From an uncultured Acidobacteriota bacterium (GTDB lineage Bacteria; Acidobacteriota; UBA6911), in NCBI GenBank assembly GCA_963718845.1, contig CAVRAD010000001.1:47434-111433 (forward strand): a DNA stretch of 64,000 bases. Direction: 5' to 3'. The position numbers and the translations under genes were made by a program. Below are positions 19,713 to 30,953 of the stretch, piece after piece; the first letter of the stretch is position 1; the number at the start of each line of letters is the position of its first letter. A model generated the notes under the pieces. The model saw nothing but the letters and a program-made list of their open reading frames with translations, was not told the DNA's origin and made no database searches.

Positions 19713-22126
19713 ATGTATGAATTCAGTTCTGTAAGCGACCGCGTGACACGATTGAAGGAACGCTACCGAAATGCGCCGTTTACTCTCGACGCCGAACGGG
19801 CCTTGATCGTCACCGAGACCTACAAAAAGCATAAACATGCTCCGGCCGAGCTTAAAAAAGCCCAGTCGCTTTATGACGTGTGCGAAAAGATGACCGTGCG
19901 CATCGAAGAAGACGAACGGATCGTCGGCAACATCGGCAAGCACTACAAAGGCACTACCATGTGGCCCGAGAACGACGGCATGGTCTGGCTGTACAACGAG
20001 CTCGAGTCCGGGGTTTTTGATGCACGCGAGTTCCAGGACGAACCCATGAACTTCCCGCAGGAAGAAAGGGAACTCCTCTATACCATCCGCGATTTCTGGC
20101 GCGACAACTGCTTCACTTGCGTTATGGATGCCGCAATGCCCGAAGATACGATGTCTCTTGTGGATGCCGGTGTGTGTATGGTGTTTCCCTCCGGGATGGG
20201 GCAGATGCCCACCGGACATCTGTCTCCCAACTACCGGAAGGTCATTGACAAGGGATTCGGCGCCGTTCGCAGGGAAGCGAAGCAAAAGCTTGATGCGATG
20301 CATGGCCACATGGTATGGAGACGCAGCGGAGAAGATATTATTTTTACCGATCCATCGTAATAGTGTGCGATGCCTATATTTTGCTGGCCAGGCGATACGC
20401 CGCGGCGTGCCGCGACACGGCCGCAGCCACGCGTGACGCAAATCGCAAGGCAGAGCTGCTCGATATGGCGGACTCCCTTGATTGGATTGCCGAAAACCCC
20501 GCGCGCTCATTCTACGAAGCGGTTCAGGCTACTTTCCTGTATCAGACCTACTTGTACCTGGACGGGAACTTTCAGGGACTTTCCTTCGGCCGCTTTGATC
20601 AATATACCTATCCCTGCCTCAAGGCTGAACTGGATGCCGGAACCATCACCAGGGCCGATGCGCAGGAGATTGTGGACTGTTTCTGGCTGAAAGTCGGTGC
20701 CTTGTTTGGTGCAAGGGTTGTGCTCGTCGCGCGCGTCACCGGCGCGTATTCCACTTTCCAGCATCTCACGCTCGGTGGTGTGGACCGGGACGGCAATGAT
20801 GCGACGACCCCCGTGACCTTCATGGCGCTCGAAGCACCCGCGCGGCTTCAACTCCACGAACCTCCTGTCTCCCTCCGTGTCAGCAGGAAGACGCCTGACA
20901 GGCTGTTTGAGTGCGCATTCGAGTCATCCAGGCGCGCTGGCGGGATTCCTTGCTTTCAAAATGAAACTCTTATCATCGACGCCCTGGTCGAAGGCAATCA
21001 CTATGCGCTCGAGGATGCGAGAGATTTCTGCATCATCGGCTGCCAGGAAATCGGCGGTTCTGGAAACGACTATCCGGCGACCGGCGGCGTCCACTCCCTG
21101 GCGGATGTCAACTTTGCCAATGTGCTGCTTCTTGCCATCAACAACGGCATCAATCCCATGGTCGGGAAGAAGTGTGCGCCGGAAACCGGCTGTCTATACG
21201 AAATGCAGACCTTCGACGATGTCCTTGCCGCCGTTAAAACGCAGATGGACTATTTCGTCGACTGGCTGCTCACGCTGAACAACTGCTCCGAATATGTGAC
21301 CATGCGAGAAAGACCGATCCCCGCGCTTTCCGCGATGCTGGATGGCTGCATGGAGTCGGGCAAGGACTGCGTGTGCGGCGGAGCCAAATACAATTCCTTC
21401 GGAGTTCCCGGCACCGGAAGCGCAACTCTTGCCGAAAGCCTTCTGGCTATCAAGTACATGTGCTACGACGCGAGACTATTCACCACGAGGCAGATGCACG
21501 ATGCCGTCATGGCCAACTGGGTAGGCTACGAAGAAATGCGCCAGCAAATCCTGAACATGCCGCATCACTACGGCAACAACGATCCGTACGCGGATGCGCT
21601 ATTCAAATGGGCGATGGATACATTTGCCGCAGCCGTGTGCCGGGGCTACAGCACACGCGGCCGTTTCCGGCCCGGTCTGTTCACCGCGTCCTCCCACGTC
21701 TTCGCCGGAGGGCGCGCCTGGGCGACTCCCGACGGCAGAGTCGCCGGCGAATCTCTGTCGGACTGCATCTCGCCCAAGCAGGGCGCGGATGGCAACGGTC
21801 CTACCGCCGTCCTGGCTTCCGCATGCTGCTTCGATCACAAGCCGTTTACGAACGGTCTCGCCCTGAACATGAAATTCGCTCCCGTCACCTTGGCGAGCGA
21901 CGACAGCATGGCGAAAATGAAGAACCTGCTGCAAACCTATTTCGATTTGGGCGGGATGGAGGTCCAATACAACATCGTAACGTCCAAAACCCTGCGAGCG
22001 GCGCAGGAAGATCCAGACACATATAAGAATTTGGTGGTGCGTGTGGCAGGTTTCTCGGCTTACTTCGTGGAACTGCATAGAAGTTTGCAGAACGATATTA
22101 TCGCAAGGACCGAAAACCAGCTTTAG
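19713..22126 (+). pseudogene. Glycyl radical enzyme (PFL2/dehydratase-like branch), reading frame broken twice near 20313-20335; no adjacent activase
   Basis: ORFs 19713, 20128 (short stretch GDAAEK) and 20315 together are colinear with the intact GRE at 50858-53275. Cys loop IIGCQEIGG and Gly-radical motif VVRVAGFSAYFVEL. Confidence 0.75.
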
Positions 22127-22167
22127 AGCCAGAGCATCGCTGTTTCGACACTCACACCAAATATGAA

Positions 22168-22249
22168 AATGTGGGTCGGGGCTTCAGCCCCGATGCCTTC
22201 CGACTAAACAGAACTAACAAAGCGTCGGGGCTGAAGCCCCGACCCACAG
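22168..22249. repeat. REP-like hairpin (gtgggtcggggcttcagccccga family)
   Basis: atgtgggtcggggcttcagccccga / tcggggctgaagccccgacccacag inverted arms. Same family as the outer arms at 12115 and 25194. Confidence 0.8.
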
Positions 22250-22406
22250 GTTCTTGTCTACAATGAACAAGATCCGTATATAGTTCTGAGCAAGCAGTCT
22301 CTGAAAGAGTTCGTCTTCACAGTTGATTGGAGTGCCTGCGCTGAGTATGATGGACGGGCAAAAATCCCGAAAACGTATCTAGTTTCAATCTAAAAGGAGG
22401 AGCAGC

Positions 22407-23382
22407 ATGCGGATAAGAATTCTCGTTGTTGCAATTGTTCTGGTTTATTGCCGGCGGCGTTCGCACAACAGACGGCCAAAGTCGCCTGCGATCGGGCCTG
22501 CCTGGAAAATTATGTCGATCGATACATGGATGCGATGCAGGCTCATGAGGCGAGCCTTAAACTTTTTACTCGCGACTGCAAGTTTACGGAAAATGGCGTA
22601 AGACTGCCCCTTGGCAATGAAGGGCTCTGGTTTGGTATGTCAGGGAAGGGAACCTATAAGTTTTACATTCCCGATGTCGAGACCCAACAGGTCGCATTTA
22701 TAGGGACTGCCAAAGAGGGAGGGTCTGCTCCCGGCGCGAAAACCGCTGCCGGTGCGAAGCCGGCAGAGGCTACTTTGTGGCCATCGCGCTGCGCTTGAAG
22801 ATAGTGAACGGATTGATCTCCGAGGCGGAGCAACTCGTAATGCGTCCGGAGTCTAATCTGACGGGCGGAGGAACCGCTTCCAAATTTCCGCCGACTGGAG
22901 AGGCTGTCGATAAAATGGGTTCCCCCCATAAGGTCTATACCGAAGTTATTCGCGAGTCTGAACGGCCTTCTCGCGAGGAACTGGTGAAGACAGCCAATTA
23001 TTACTTCACGGGATTGCAGCGCAATGACACCAAAGGCTATTACCCTTTCACCGACGACTGTGACCGTTTTGAAAATGGCATGTTGTCAACCAAGACGGAT
23101 TGCAAGAAGCAGTTTGAGTCCGGGCAGCTGCGAAATATCGTGTCGCGGATCCGCGATCGTCGTTTCGTAGCGGTAGATCGTGAGCGCGGCATTGTCTTTG
23201 CTTTCGGTTTCTTCGATCATGAGTCGATCAACTGGACCTGGCAGATCGCCGAACTCTTTAAGATTGAAAAGGGCTTGATCCGGCGGATTGAAGCCGTGTT
23301 CCTCCGAAGCGCCTACGGGTTGAATTCCGGATGGAGCACCTATGAGCAGGGAATGTCGGATCAAATCCAGAGCATAAGGTAA
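22407..23382 (+). CDS. Secreted protein of unknown function, distant member of the 18782 family; two apparent frameshifts (~22445, ~22775)
   Basis: Signal MRIRILVVAIVLV in ORF 22407. LPAAFAQQTAKVACDRACLENYV... in ORF 22448. GYFVAIALRLKIVNGLISEAE... in ORF 22777. Shares the (A/T)xRLK(I/V)xxGx(I/V)SE(A/I)(E/D) motif with the paralogs. Confidence 0.45.
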
Positions 23383-23387
23383 TTTCT

Positions 23388-23445
23388 AATTACGAATTAC
23401 GAGTGACGAATGACGGATGGAGACATGCGTCGTTCGTCACTCGAA
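23388..23445. terminator. Heptamer-built hairpin immediately after the stop at 23382
   Basis: Units ttacgaa ttacgag tgacgaa tgacgg. Stem is cgagtgacgaatgacg (23400-23415) / cgtcgttcgtcactcg (23428-23443) with one G-T pair. Confidence 0.6.
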
Positions 23446-23474
23446 GGAGCATAAACAGACTGCATAAACAAAGC

Positions 23475-24332
23475 CTATTGCGGCGGTTCCTTCGGCATCG
23501 GGATTTTGGGACAGCCGTTGGGACACAGCGTTATCACATGAACATACCGCAGTTTCCCGTTTTCCAGCCGGAAAGTGTGCGCGTCGGGCAATCCTTTTTC
23601 TCCGCCAAAATCCACCTGGCCGATGACCGTGCCCATGTCGAGGTCCACGATATAGCGCCGGTTCGTCATCGGCACACCGCCGCCTTTAGGGTACTCCGAC
23701 TGTGCAGGAAGGATTGGGTTCATTTTTGGGATTGGTATACATGCCACCCTCAATACGGACACAGGGGGTGCTCCAGGGCACTTTGTTGAAGGCGGAGTAA
23801 TCCTGAAAGATATCGAAATAGTCGCTCGCCACTTTGATCAAGGTCTGCCGGTCGCTGCGCTTTTCCGGCGGGAGTATGTCCCATTTTTCCGTGGATGAAT
23901 ATTTTAAATAGTCGACGGCGTTGAAAAGCCAGTCGTTCTTATCGCTGACAAGGCTTTCAATCTCCGCGATCTTGCCATCGACAACCTTCAGACGAGTTCC
24001 GATAACATAGTGATTGCTGCTGCTTGTGTGGATAATTTCGGTAAAAGATTCGCAAATATCCACGTCAAAAAAACTGCGGCTGAAATCCACAATCAAAGGT
24101 TTCTGCCAGATGCCCTGCCCAATCGGAACTTCTTTCCTTCTTTCGATGTATTTCGCCTGGGAGTAAGGGGCATCGGGATGGTTTCCCTTTTTTCAGCGCT
24201 TCGAGGTATTTGTTGGTTATTTTCTGAAGGCTTGCGCGGGTGCATCCTTTTGCGGCAGTCGCCGGGACAGTTTCCGCCCATGCAGGCGCAGATGCAGCAG
24301 AGAAACACACACATAGAGATCGATCGAATCAT
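23475..24332 (-). pseudogene. Decayed paralog of the 18782-19616 secreted protein (at least three frame breaks)
   Basis: Signal MIRSISMCVF (ORF 24093). AAKGCTRASLQKITNKYLEALKKG (ORF 24065). Frame change at the T6/A6 run 24188-24193 into ORF 23686 (NHPDAPYSQAKYIE...VIGTRLKVVDGKIAEIESLV). Further break ~23700 into ORF 23475. Confidence 0.6.
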
Positions 24333-24519
24333 AGATCCTCCTTAAGTGCCATTTTCCAAATTGCATGATTTCGAACATAGTACAATTGGGAGCTCAAAGG
24401 GCACAAGAATTCTAAAGCACAAAATATTTGATAGGGTATATAATCCGCCTGCTCACAGCGATGCGTGTAATGAACAGAGCTTGCGGCTGCTTAATATTTT
24501 GCTGATATTGGAGGGGTTT

Positions 24520-25168
24520 ATGCAATCGTTTTGGTTTAGAAAGTCAGCGTTCTTTGTGCTTTTCCTGGCTGGCATCGCTTCAGCTCCTGCACAGGAAATC
24601 GTCAAACTGCCGGCCCCGAAAATGGAAGGCGGGATGCCTCTGATGCAGGCGTTGAAGGAGCGACGGTCAGGACGCGAGTTCAGTTCAGAAAAACTCCCCA
24701 TCGAAATAGTATCCAATCTGTTATGGGCGGCGTGGGGAGTCAATCGCCCCGATGGGCATCGCACGGCGCCCTCGGCCCGGAACATGCAGGAGATCGATGT
24801 CTACGTCGCGCTCAGCGACGGTTTGTTTCTCTACGAGCCGAAGCAGCATCAGCTGCTAGAAGATTCTTTCGGAAGACATCCGCGCCGCAACGGGCAACAA
24901 TCCCTACGTTAAAGATGCTGCCGTGAACCTCGTGTATGTAGCCGATCCTGCCCGAGGAAATTTGACGGATCCGGTTGCAATCGAGTTTTACACCGGCGCC
25001 GACACTGCGTTTCTGGCGCAGAATGTGTATCTATTTTGCGCTTCGGAAAAGCTCGAAGTGGTAGTGCGGGGAAGCATCGACAGGCCTGCGCTGGCGAAAC
25101 TGATGAAACTGCGGCCGGACCAGAAAATCACGATGGCGCAGTCTGTGGGATTTCCGAAAAAGAAATAG
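24520..25168 (+). CDS. Nitroreductase-family protein with N-terminal signal-like segment; apparent frameshift ~24858
   Basis: MQSFWFRKSAFFVLFLAGIASAPAQE... RRSGREFS ... LLWAAWGVNR. Continues in the frame of ORF 24923 (KILSEDIRAATGNNPYVKDAAVNLVYVAD...). Confidence 0.6.
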
Positions 25169-25193
25169 AACTGCAGATTTGATGAATTAGGAA

Positions 25194-25933
25194 CATGTGG
25201 GTCGGGGCTGAAGAGTCTGTCTCAAAACATGAGCCAGCCATCATAAAGAGATAGCTGTGTTAGACCCCGGAGGGGTCTGCAGATAGTAGCCGGGGGCGCA
25301 AGCCCCCGGAAACAGTGTGCAGTTAAAGAGCCCCGGCAGGGGCGAAGGTTTTTTTGCTTATAATGTATTAATGTTTCGCCCTATCAGGCATCCGGTCAAG
25401 CTAAGGACAATAAAAGCGCTGAAAGCGCGATACAGCTAAGCCCAGGGTGGAGGCCGCCAAGCGGCCGAAACCCTGGGGTGGGAGATGCAGAATGTAAAAG
25501 CCCTGTAAGGGCGGCGCAGTTCTGCTGCATCGCCCTTGCAGCATCAAGCCCACCTGCGGTGCTCCCAACATGAAGGGAACTTGTCTTTTGGCCCCCGGCT
25601 TGATGCGTTTCGCCTATTTTATTGATATGAATCAACATACGGCTATGAACCTTAATTCAAGTGCCTTAGGAGGGCTTGACCTTTATGTCGCCCTGTATCC
25701 CAGGGTTTCAGAGCCCGCTTCGCGTGCTCTTCCACCCTGGGCTGTGCTGCTCCGCGCTTTCAGCGCTTCCTCTTAGCTTAACGCGCATGCCTATCAGGGC
25801 TCTGGTTTACCGTTCAGCAAACTCCGGGCTTTCGCCCGGAGCTACTGTCTGCGGGCCCTTCCGGGCCCGACCATGCATGTTCGTCACAAGATGTCAGGTT
25901 TTGAGACAGACTCTTCAGCCCCGACCCGCACGA
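25194..25933. repeat. About 740-bp multi-shell nested palindrome
   Basis: Concentric inverted arm pairs at 25194-25228 / 25899-25933, 25261-25310 / 25822-25870 and 25378-25453 / 25729-25800. The shells belong to families seen separately elsewhere in the window. Confidence 0.8.
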
Positions 25934-25937
25934 TTGT

Positions 25938-27560
25938 CTATTTTTTGCTTTTCGCCTCGATGTGCTGTTTTAGCTTGCCCCACTCCGGATAAAAGATCTC
26001 TTCCGGCATCAGCTTGAGATCGGGTGAAATGCGGGGCTTGAAATCCATGTGCGGCAGGATGTCTTTTTCCAGATCGATGCCCGGTGCGATCTCCACCAGT
26101 GTCACCTCCCCGTCGATCAACTCGAACACGGCGCGTTCGGTGACATAGAGGATAGGCTTTTTCGCCTTAGCTGCATACTTTCCGCTGAAGGTGATCTGTT
26201 CGACGTGGTCGAGGAATTTCTTGTGATTGCCTTCCTGGAGAATCTGCACCTTCCCATCCTTGGCCGTCACTTTAAGGCCGCCCGTAGTGAAAGTGCCGCA
26301 ATAGACAACCTTTTTAGAGGCTGTGGTGATATTGATAAAGCCGCCGCATCCGATAGGCCTGCCATTGAACTTGCTCACGTTCACGTTGCCGAATTTATCG
26401 ACTTCGCCCATTCCCAGGAATGCCTGGTCGATGCCGCCGCCGTCGTACCAATCGAACATGTTCGGGTGGCAAACAAAGGCTTCGGCGTTGTAGGTCATGC
26501 CGAAGTTGGGCCAACCGGCAGGTACGCCGCCAACGCCGCCAACCTCAGTGGTGAGCGTCAACATGTCCGTTACGCCTTCATGCGCAGCGACCGTTGCGAG
26601 GCGGTCGGGTATCCCGATTCCCAGATTAACCACGGATTTTGCCGAGAGTTCCAGGGTTGCACGGCGCAGGATGAACAATCTCTCGTCGAAGGGAAGTTTG
26701 GGGAGCGTGCCGAGAGGCATGACCACGTCCCCGCTGAATGCAGGCTGATAGTAAATGCCTTCGCTCTGCATATGAAATTCCTGCGGGTTCTTGGCAACGA
26801 CGACATAATCGACGAGAACTCCCGGTACCTGAATCGACTTGGCATGGAGTGTGCCTGCCTTCGCCACATATTCCACCTGGGCTATGATGATGCCTCCGGA
26901 ATTTCTAGCCGCCTGGGCTACCTGAAGGGCTTCAAGATTGGCTCCCTCTTTTTCCATGGAGATGTTGCCCCGTTCGTCGGCTTTTGTGCCGCGAATCAGA
27001 CCCACATGAATAGGGAAGGGTTTGTACCACAGATACTCCTCGCCGCCGAAGGTCACGACTTCGTTCAGGTCGGGTTCCTTCCGGGTCACGTCGTTCATCT
27101 TTCCGCCTTCAATGCGGGGATCCACGAAAGTTCCGAGACCCACTTTGCTGATCATGCCTGCGCGTTTTGCGGCGATTTCGCGGTAGAGTTGTATGACCAT
27201 TCCCTGAGGGAAACAATAGGCAAGCATCTTATTGCCCTGGATGAGTGCTCCGATATTTGGGGACCCGTGGGTATGGGCTCCAATGTACTTTGTGATCAAT
27301 CCTTCCAGACCAATCACATGAGGGCCTTTGTCTTTGTGATTTCCCATCGCGGATCCGCAAACCAGGGTGAGTCCCTTTGGATGCCCGGTTTCTATAAATC
27401 GCTGGGCGATCGCACGCCCGATTTCTTCGGGCCAGCCGGCCAATCCTATAATAGGCGCACAAATTGTGACTCCATCCTGAATCAAGGCTGCGGCCTCTTC
27501 GGCACTTATTACTTTTGACCCGCTGCCTTTTGAGGCATCGGCCATTTCGGTTTCAATCAT
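25938..27560 (-). CDS. Acyl-CoA:acetate/propionate CoA-transferase (family I, YdiF/Pct-like)
   Basis: 540 aa. ISAEEAAALIQDGVTI..., fused alpha/beta CoA-transferase organisation, and TTEVGGVGG with the conserved Glu region. Confidence 0.8.
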   Translation of the reverse strand: MIETEMADASKGSGSKVISAEEAAALIQDGVTICAPIIGLAGWPEEIGRAIAQRFIETGHPKGLTLVCGSAMGNHKDKGPHVIGLEGLITKYIGAHTHGSPNIGALIQGNKMLAYCFPQGMVIQLYREIAAKRAGMISKVGLGTFVDPRIEGGKMNDVTRKEPDLNEVVTFGGEEYLWYKPFPIHVGLIRGTKADERGNISMEKEGANLEALQVAQAARNSGGIIIAQVEYVAKAGTLHAKSIQVPGVLVDYVVVAKNPQEFHMQSEGIYYQPAFSGDVVMPLGTLPKLPFDERLFILRRATLELSAKSVVNLGIGIPDRLATVAAHEGVTDMLTLTTEVGGVGGVPAGWPNFGMTYNAEAFVCHPNMFDWYDGGGIDQAFLGMGEVDKFGNVNVSKFNGRPIGCGGFINITTASKKVVYCGTFTTGGLKVTAKDGKVQILQEGNHKKFLDHVEQITFSGKYAAKAKKPILYVTERAVFELIDGEVTLVEIAPGIDLEKDILPHMDFKPRISPDLKLMPEEIFYPEWGKLKQHIEAKSKK

Positions 27561-27636
27561 CGAAGTTCTCCCTCACTGTTTTAAAGTCTGTTCCATGTGG
27601 CCACCCGACCCTGAGGTCGGTTGGGCTATTAAAGTC

Positions 27637-28661
27637 CTAATGTCTTTGTCTTCCAACCGGCTCTGCATGAAAAATCCGCAGCAATTCTCTGCTTGCTGCA
27701 AACGGCGTCATTTGTCCCCGCCGCACTTCTTCTTGAAGCAACGGCAACCGTGATGCCACACCGCGATCGGAGCGAAACGATGCTTCAAGACCCAGCGTCA
27801 TCAGTTCGTTCATCCACTCCAGAGCCTGGCGGCTGCGCCGTTGATTGAGGAAGCCACTGTTTTCCAACAACTCCCGATGGTCCAGCACCATCTGCCAGAC
27901 TGCCGCGATTCCATCTCCGTTGAGTGACGAACAGGTTACCACAGAAGGGGTCCATCCGTCAGCCGAAGCAGGAAAAAGGTGCAATGCGTTGGAGTACTCG
28001 ATCCGCGCGCGCTCCGCTTTCCTCGTATTGTCGCCGTCGGCCTTGTTGATTGCCATGCCGTCCAGCATCTCGATGATGCCGCGCTTCATGCCCTGCAGTT
28101 CGTCGCCGGCTCCGGCCAGCATCAGGAGCAGGAAAAAATCGGTCATGGATCGAACGGCGGTTTCTGACTGCCCGACTCCTACTGTTTCCACAAGGATGTT
28201 GCGATACCCTGCCGCCTCGCACAGGAGGATCGTTTCGCGTGTCCTGCGCGCCACGCCGCCCAGGTGCCCGCGCGACGGCGATGGGCGGATGAATGCGCGC
28301 TCCTCGATCGCCAGACGCTCCATGCGGGTTTTGTCGCCGAGAATGCTGCCGCCCGAAATCGGGCTTGAGGGATCAACGCTCAGCACTGCGACGTTCTCGC
28401 CGCAGTCGCGAATCAGGTGCATGCCGAGCGCATCGATGAAAGTGCTCTTGCCCACGCCGGGCACGCCCGTGATCCCCACGCGTCGCGATTGGCCCGAATG
28501 AGGCAGGACTTTGTCGAGCAGGCGAGCCGCAAGGTCGCCATCGGCGGGAAGATCGCTTTCAATTATGGTGATGGCGCGCGCCAGGACCACCCGGTCTCCG
28601 GCCAGGACCCCGTCGACATAGCGCTCCAGCGGCAGTCGTTTCCGTGCCGTCGCAGTGTCAT
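27637..28661 (-). CDS. meaB: Methylmalonyl-CoA mutase-associated GTPase MeaB/ArgK; apparent frameshift ~28640 near the N-terminus
   Basis: P-loop GITGVPGVGKSTFIDALG. LARAITIIES. ATG at 28661 (MTLRRHG) joins the main frame if the run ggaaacg gains one A. Confidence 0.85.
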
Positions 28662-28796
28662 GCTTAGCGGTTGTTTTAGGAGTTGCTCACGTCTTTCCCA
28701 GGAACTGCGCAAAACAGCCACTATATTTCACGGATTACTCATTTATCTTTTTTCAGTAATCCGTGAAATCCTGGCAGAGCCCTTTATCGGACGTGA

Positions 28797-30943
28797 TTAT
28801 ACATGAACGTTCCCGATCAGCGCTTTCAGAATCTTTTGGGCGCAAACCGGAATTACCGAGCCCGGACCAAACACGTCGGTCACACCCGCCTGGAACAGCT
28901 CTTCGTAAGCCTGCGGGGGAATAACGCCGCCGACGAATACCAGGATATCGCCGCGATCCAGCTTCGCGCAATTCTGAGATCACTTCCGGCACCAGCGTGG
29001 AATGACCGCCTGCCAGGCTCGAGACTCCGAGCACATGGACGTCATTTTCTACCGCCATGCGCGCAGCCTCGCGCGGAGTTTGAAATAGCGGGCCGACGTC
29101 AACGTCAAACCCGAGATCAGCAAACGCCGTGGCGATGACTTTCGCGCCGCGGTCGTGACCGTCCTGTCCCATCTTGGCAATCAGGATGCGCGGGCGGCGC
29201 CCTTCGGTTTTAGCGAATTCCTCGGCCAGCGCGACCGCCTTCAGGAATTCGGGGTCCTCGCGGCTTTCGGAAGAATACACGCCGGAGATGGTGCGGTTTA
29301 CCGCCTGGTATCTTCCAAAGACCTGTTCGAGAGCGGAGGAGATTTCGCCCAGCGTCGCCCGCTGCCGCGCGGCATGGATCGAGAGTTCGAGCATATTGCC
29401 CTCTCCCGTTTCCGCGCACCGGGTCAGTGCCGCCAGCGCGGCATTCACCGCTGCGGGGTCGCGCCCGGATTTTGTCTGTGCCAGTCTGCGCAATTGGGAT
29501 TGGCGCACCGCCTGATTGTCCACCACCAGGACATCGAGCGGTTTTTCTTCGGCAAGCCGATATTTGTTCACGCCGACGATGGTTTCGCGGCCGGAGTCGA
29601 TGCGCGCCTGACGGCGTGCGGCCGCTTCTTCAATGCGCATCTTGGGGATACCGGTCTCAATCGCTTTGGCCATGCCGCCCAGCGCCTCGATTTCCTGAAT
29701 GTGATGCCACGCCTTGTGCATCAATTCGTGGGTCAGGGCTTCCACGTAATAGCTGCCGGCCCACGGATCAACCGCTTTGGTGACGTCGGTTTCTTCCTGC
29801 AGGAAAATTTGCGTGTTGCGCGCGATGCGGGCGGAAAAATCCGAAGGCAGCGCGATCGCTTCGTCCAGCGCGTTGGTGTGCAGCGACTGCGTGTGTCCGA
29901 GCACGGCAGCGAGCGCTTCCACGCAGGTGCGGGGCACGTTGTTGAACACGTCCTGCGCCGCGAGGCTCCATCCGGAAGTCTGCGAGTGCGTGCGCAGCGC
30001 CATGGATTTTTCGCTCTTCGGTTTGAATCCTTTGATGAGCTTCGCCCAGATTATCGCGCGCGGCGCGCATCTTGGCGATCTCCATGAAGTGGTTCATGCC
30101 GATTCCCCAGAAGAAGCTCAGGCGCGGTGCGAAACTGTCGATATCCAGGCCGGCCTGAATGCCCGTGCGGATATATTCGAGCCCGTCGGCCAGCGTATAT
30201 CCGAGTTCGATATCCGCGGTGGCGCCAGCCTCCTGGATGTGATATCCGCTGATTGAAATGCAGTTGAACTTCGGCATGTTTGCCGCGCAATACTGGAAGA
30301 TGTCGCCGATGATCCGCATCGATGGCAGCGGCGGATAGATATAGGTGTTGCGCACCATGAACTCTTTCAGAATGTCGTTCTGAATCGTCCCGTTCAGCTC
30401 CTGCGTGCTCACACCCTGTTCCTGGGCTGCGACGATGTAGAAGGCCATCACCGGCAGCACCGCGCCGTTCATTGTCATCGACACGGACATCTGTCCCAGT
30501 GGAATCTGGTCGAAGAGAATTTTCATGTCTTCGACCGAGTCGATCGCCACTCCTGCTTTGCCGACGTCGCCAACCACGCGCTCGTTGTCCGAGTCGTATC
30601 CGCGATGCGTGGCCAGGTCGAAGGCGACCGAAAGGCCTTTCTGTCCCGCCGCCAGATTGCGCCGGTAAAACGCGTTCGATTCCTCGGCAGTCGAAAACCC
30701 TGCATACTGCCGGATCGTCCACGACTGCATGGCGTACATGGTGGAATAGGGGCCGCGCAGGAATGGAGGGATGCCGGCGGCATATTCCAGGTGCTGCATG
30801 CCGCCGAGGTCGTCTGCCGTATACAGCGGTTTAACGGGAATGCCCTCGGCCGTCAGCCACGCTGGCGCGCTGTTCTCCGGCGCTGCGGCCGCGGTCTTCT
30901 GCGGGCGAATTTTGTATTCGATCTTCGTAAAGTCCGGTTTCAT
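28797..30943 (-). CDS. mutB: Methylmalonyl-CoA mutase large (alpha, B12-binding) subunit; two apparent frameshifts (~30055, ~28965)
   Basis: ORF 29768 ([30 protein letters not shown]...) and ORF 28753 ([15 protein letters not shown]... [23 protein letters not shown]). A third frame gives [28 protein letters not shown]...NVHV*. Confidence 0.85.
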
Positions 30944-30953
30944 TGCCCGCTCC

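Noticed and set aside
25396-26017. ORFs translated from palindromic repeat DNA (5417-5739, 12190-12516, 25396-26017, 54070-54559, 60091-60297, 3641-4111).
   Set aside because: They coincide with inverted-repeat arms, and the same peptide-like strings recur on both strands. They lack RBS and start context and are better explained as non-coding REP-like elements.
26049-27518. Long antisense ORFs opposite well-supported genes. Examples: 26049-27518 (+), 44351-45169 (-), 19674-20510 (-), 17229-17981 (-), 18798-19553 (-), 63078-63680 (-), 29155-30087 (+), 30943-31899 (+), 33611-34603 (+), 36125-36880 (+).
   Set aside because: Each lies entirely within a gene on the other strand that has clear family motifs. 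Their translations are low-complexity or Arg/Gly/Pro-rich with no recognisable domain. They are typical shadow ORFs of GC-rich coding DNA.
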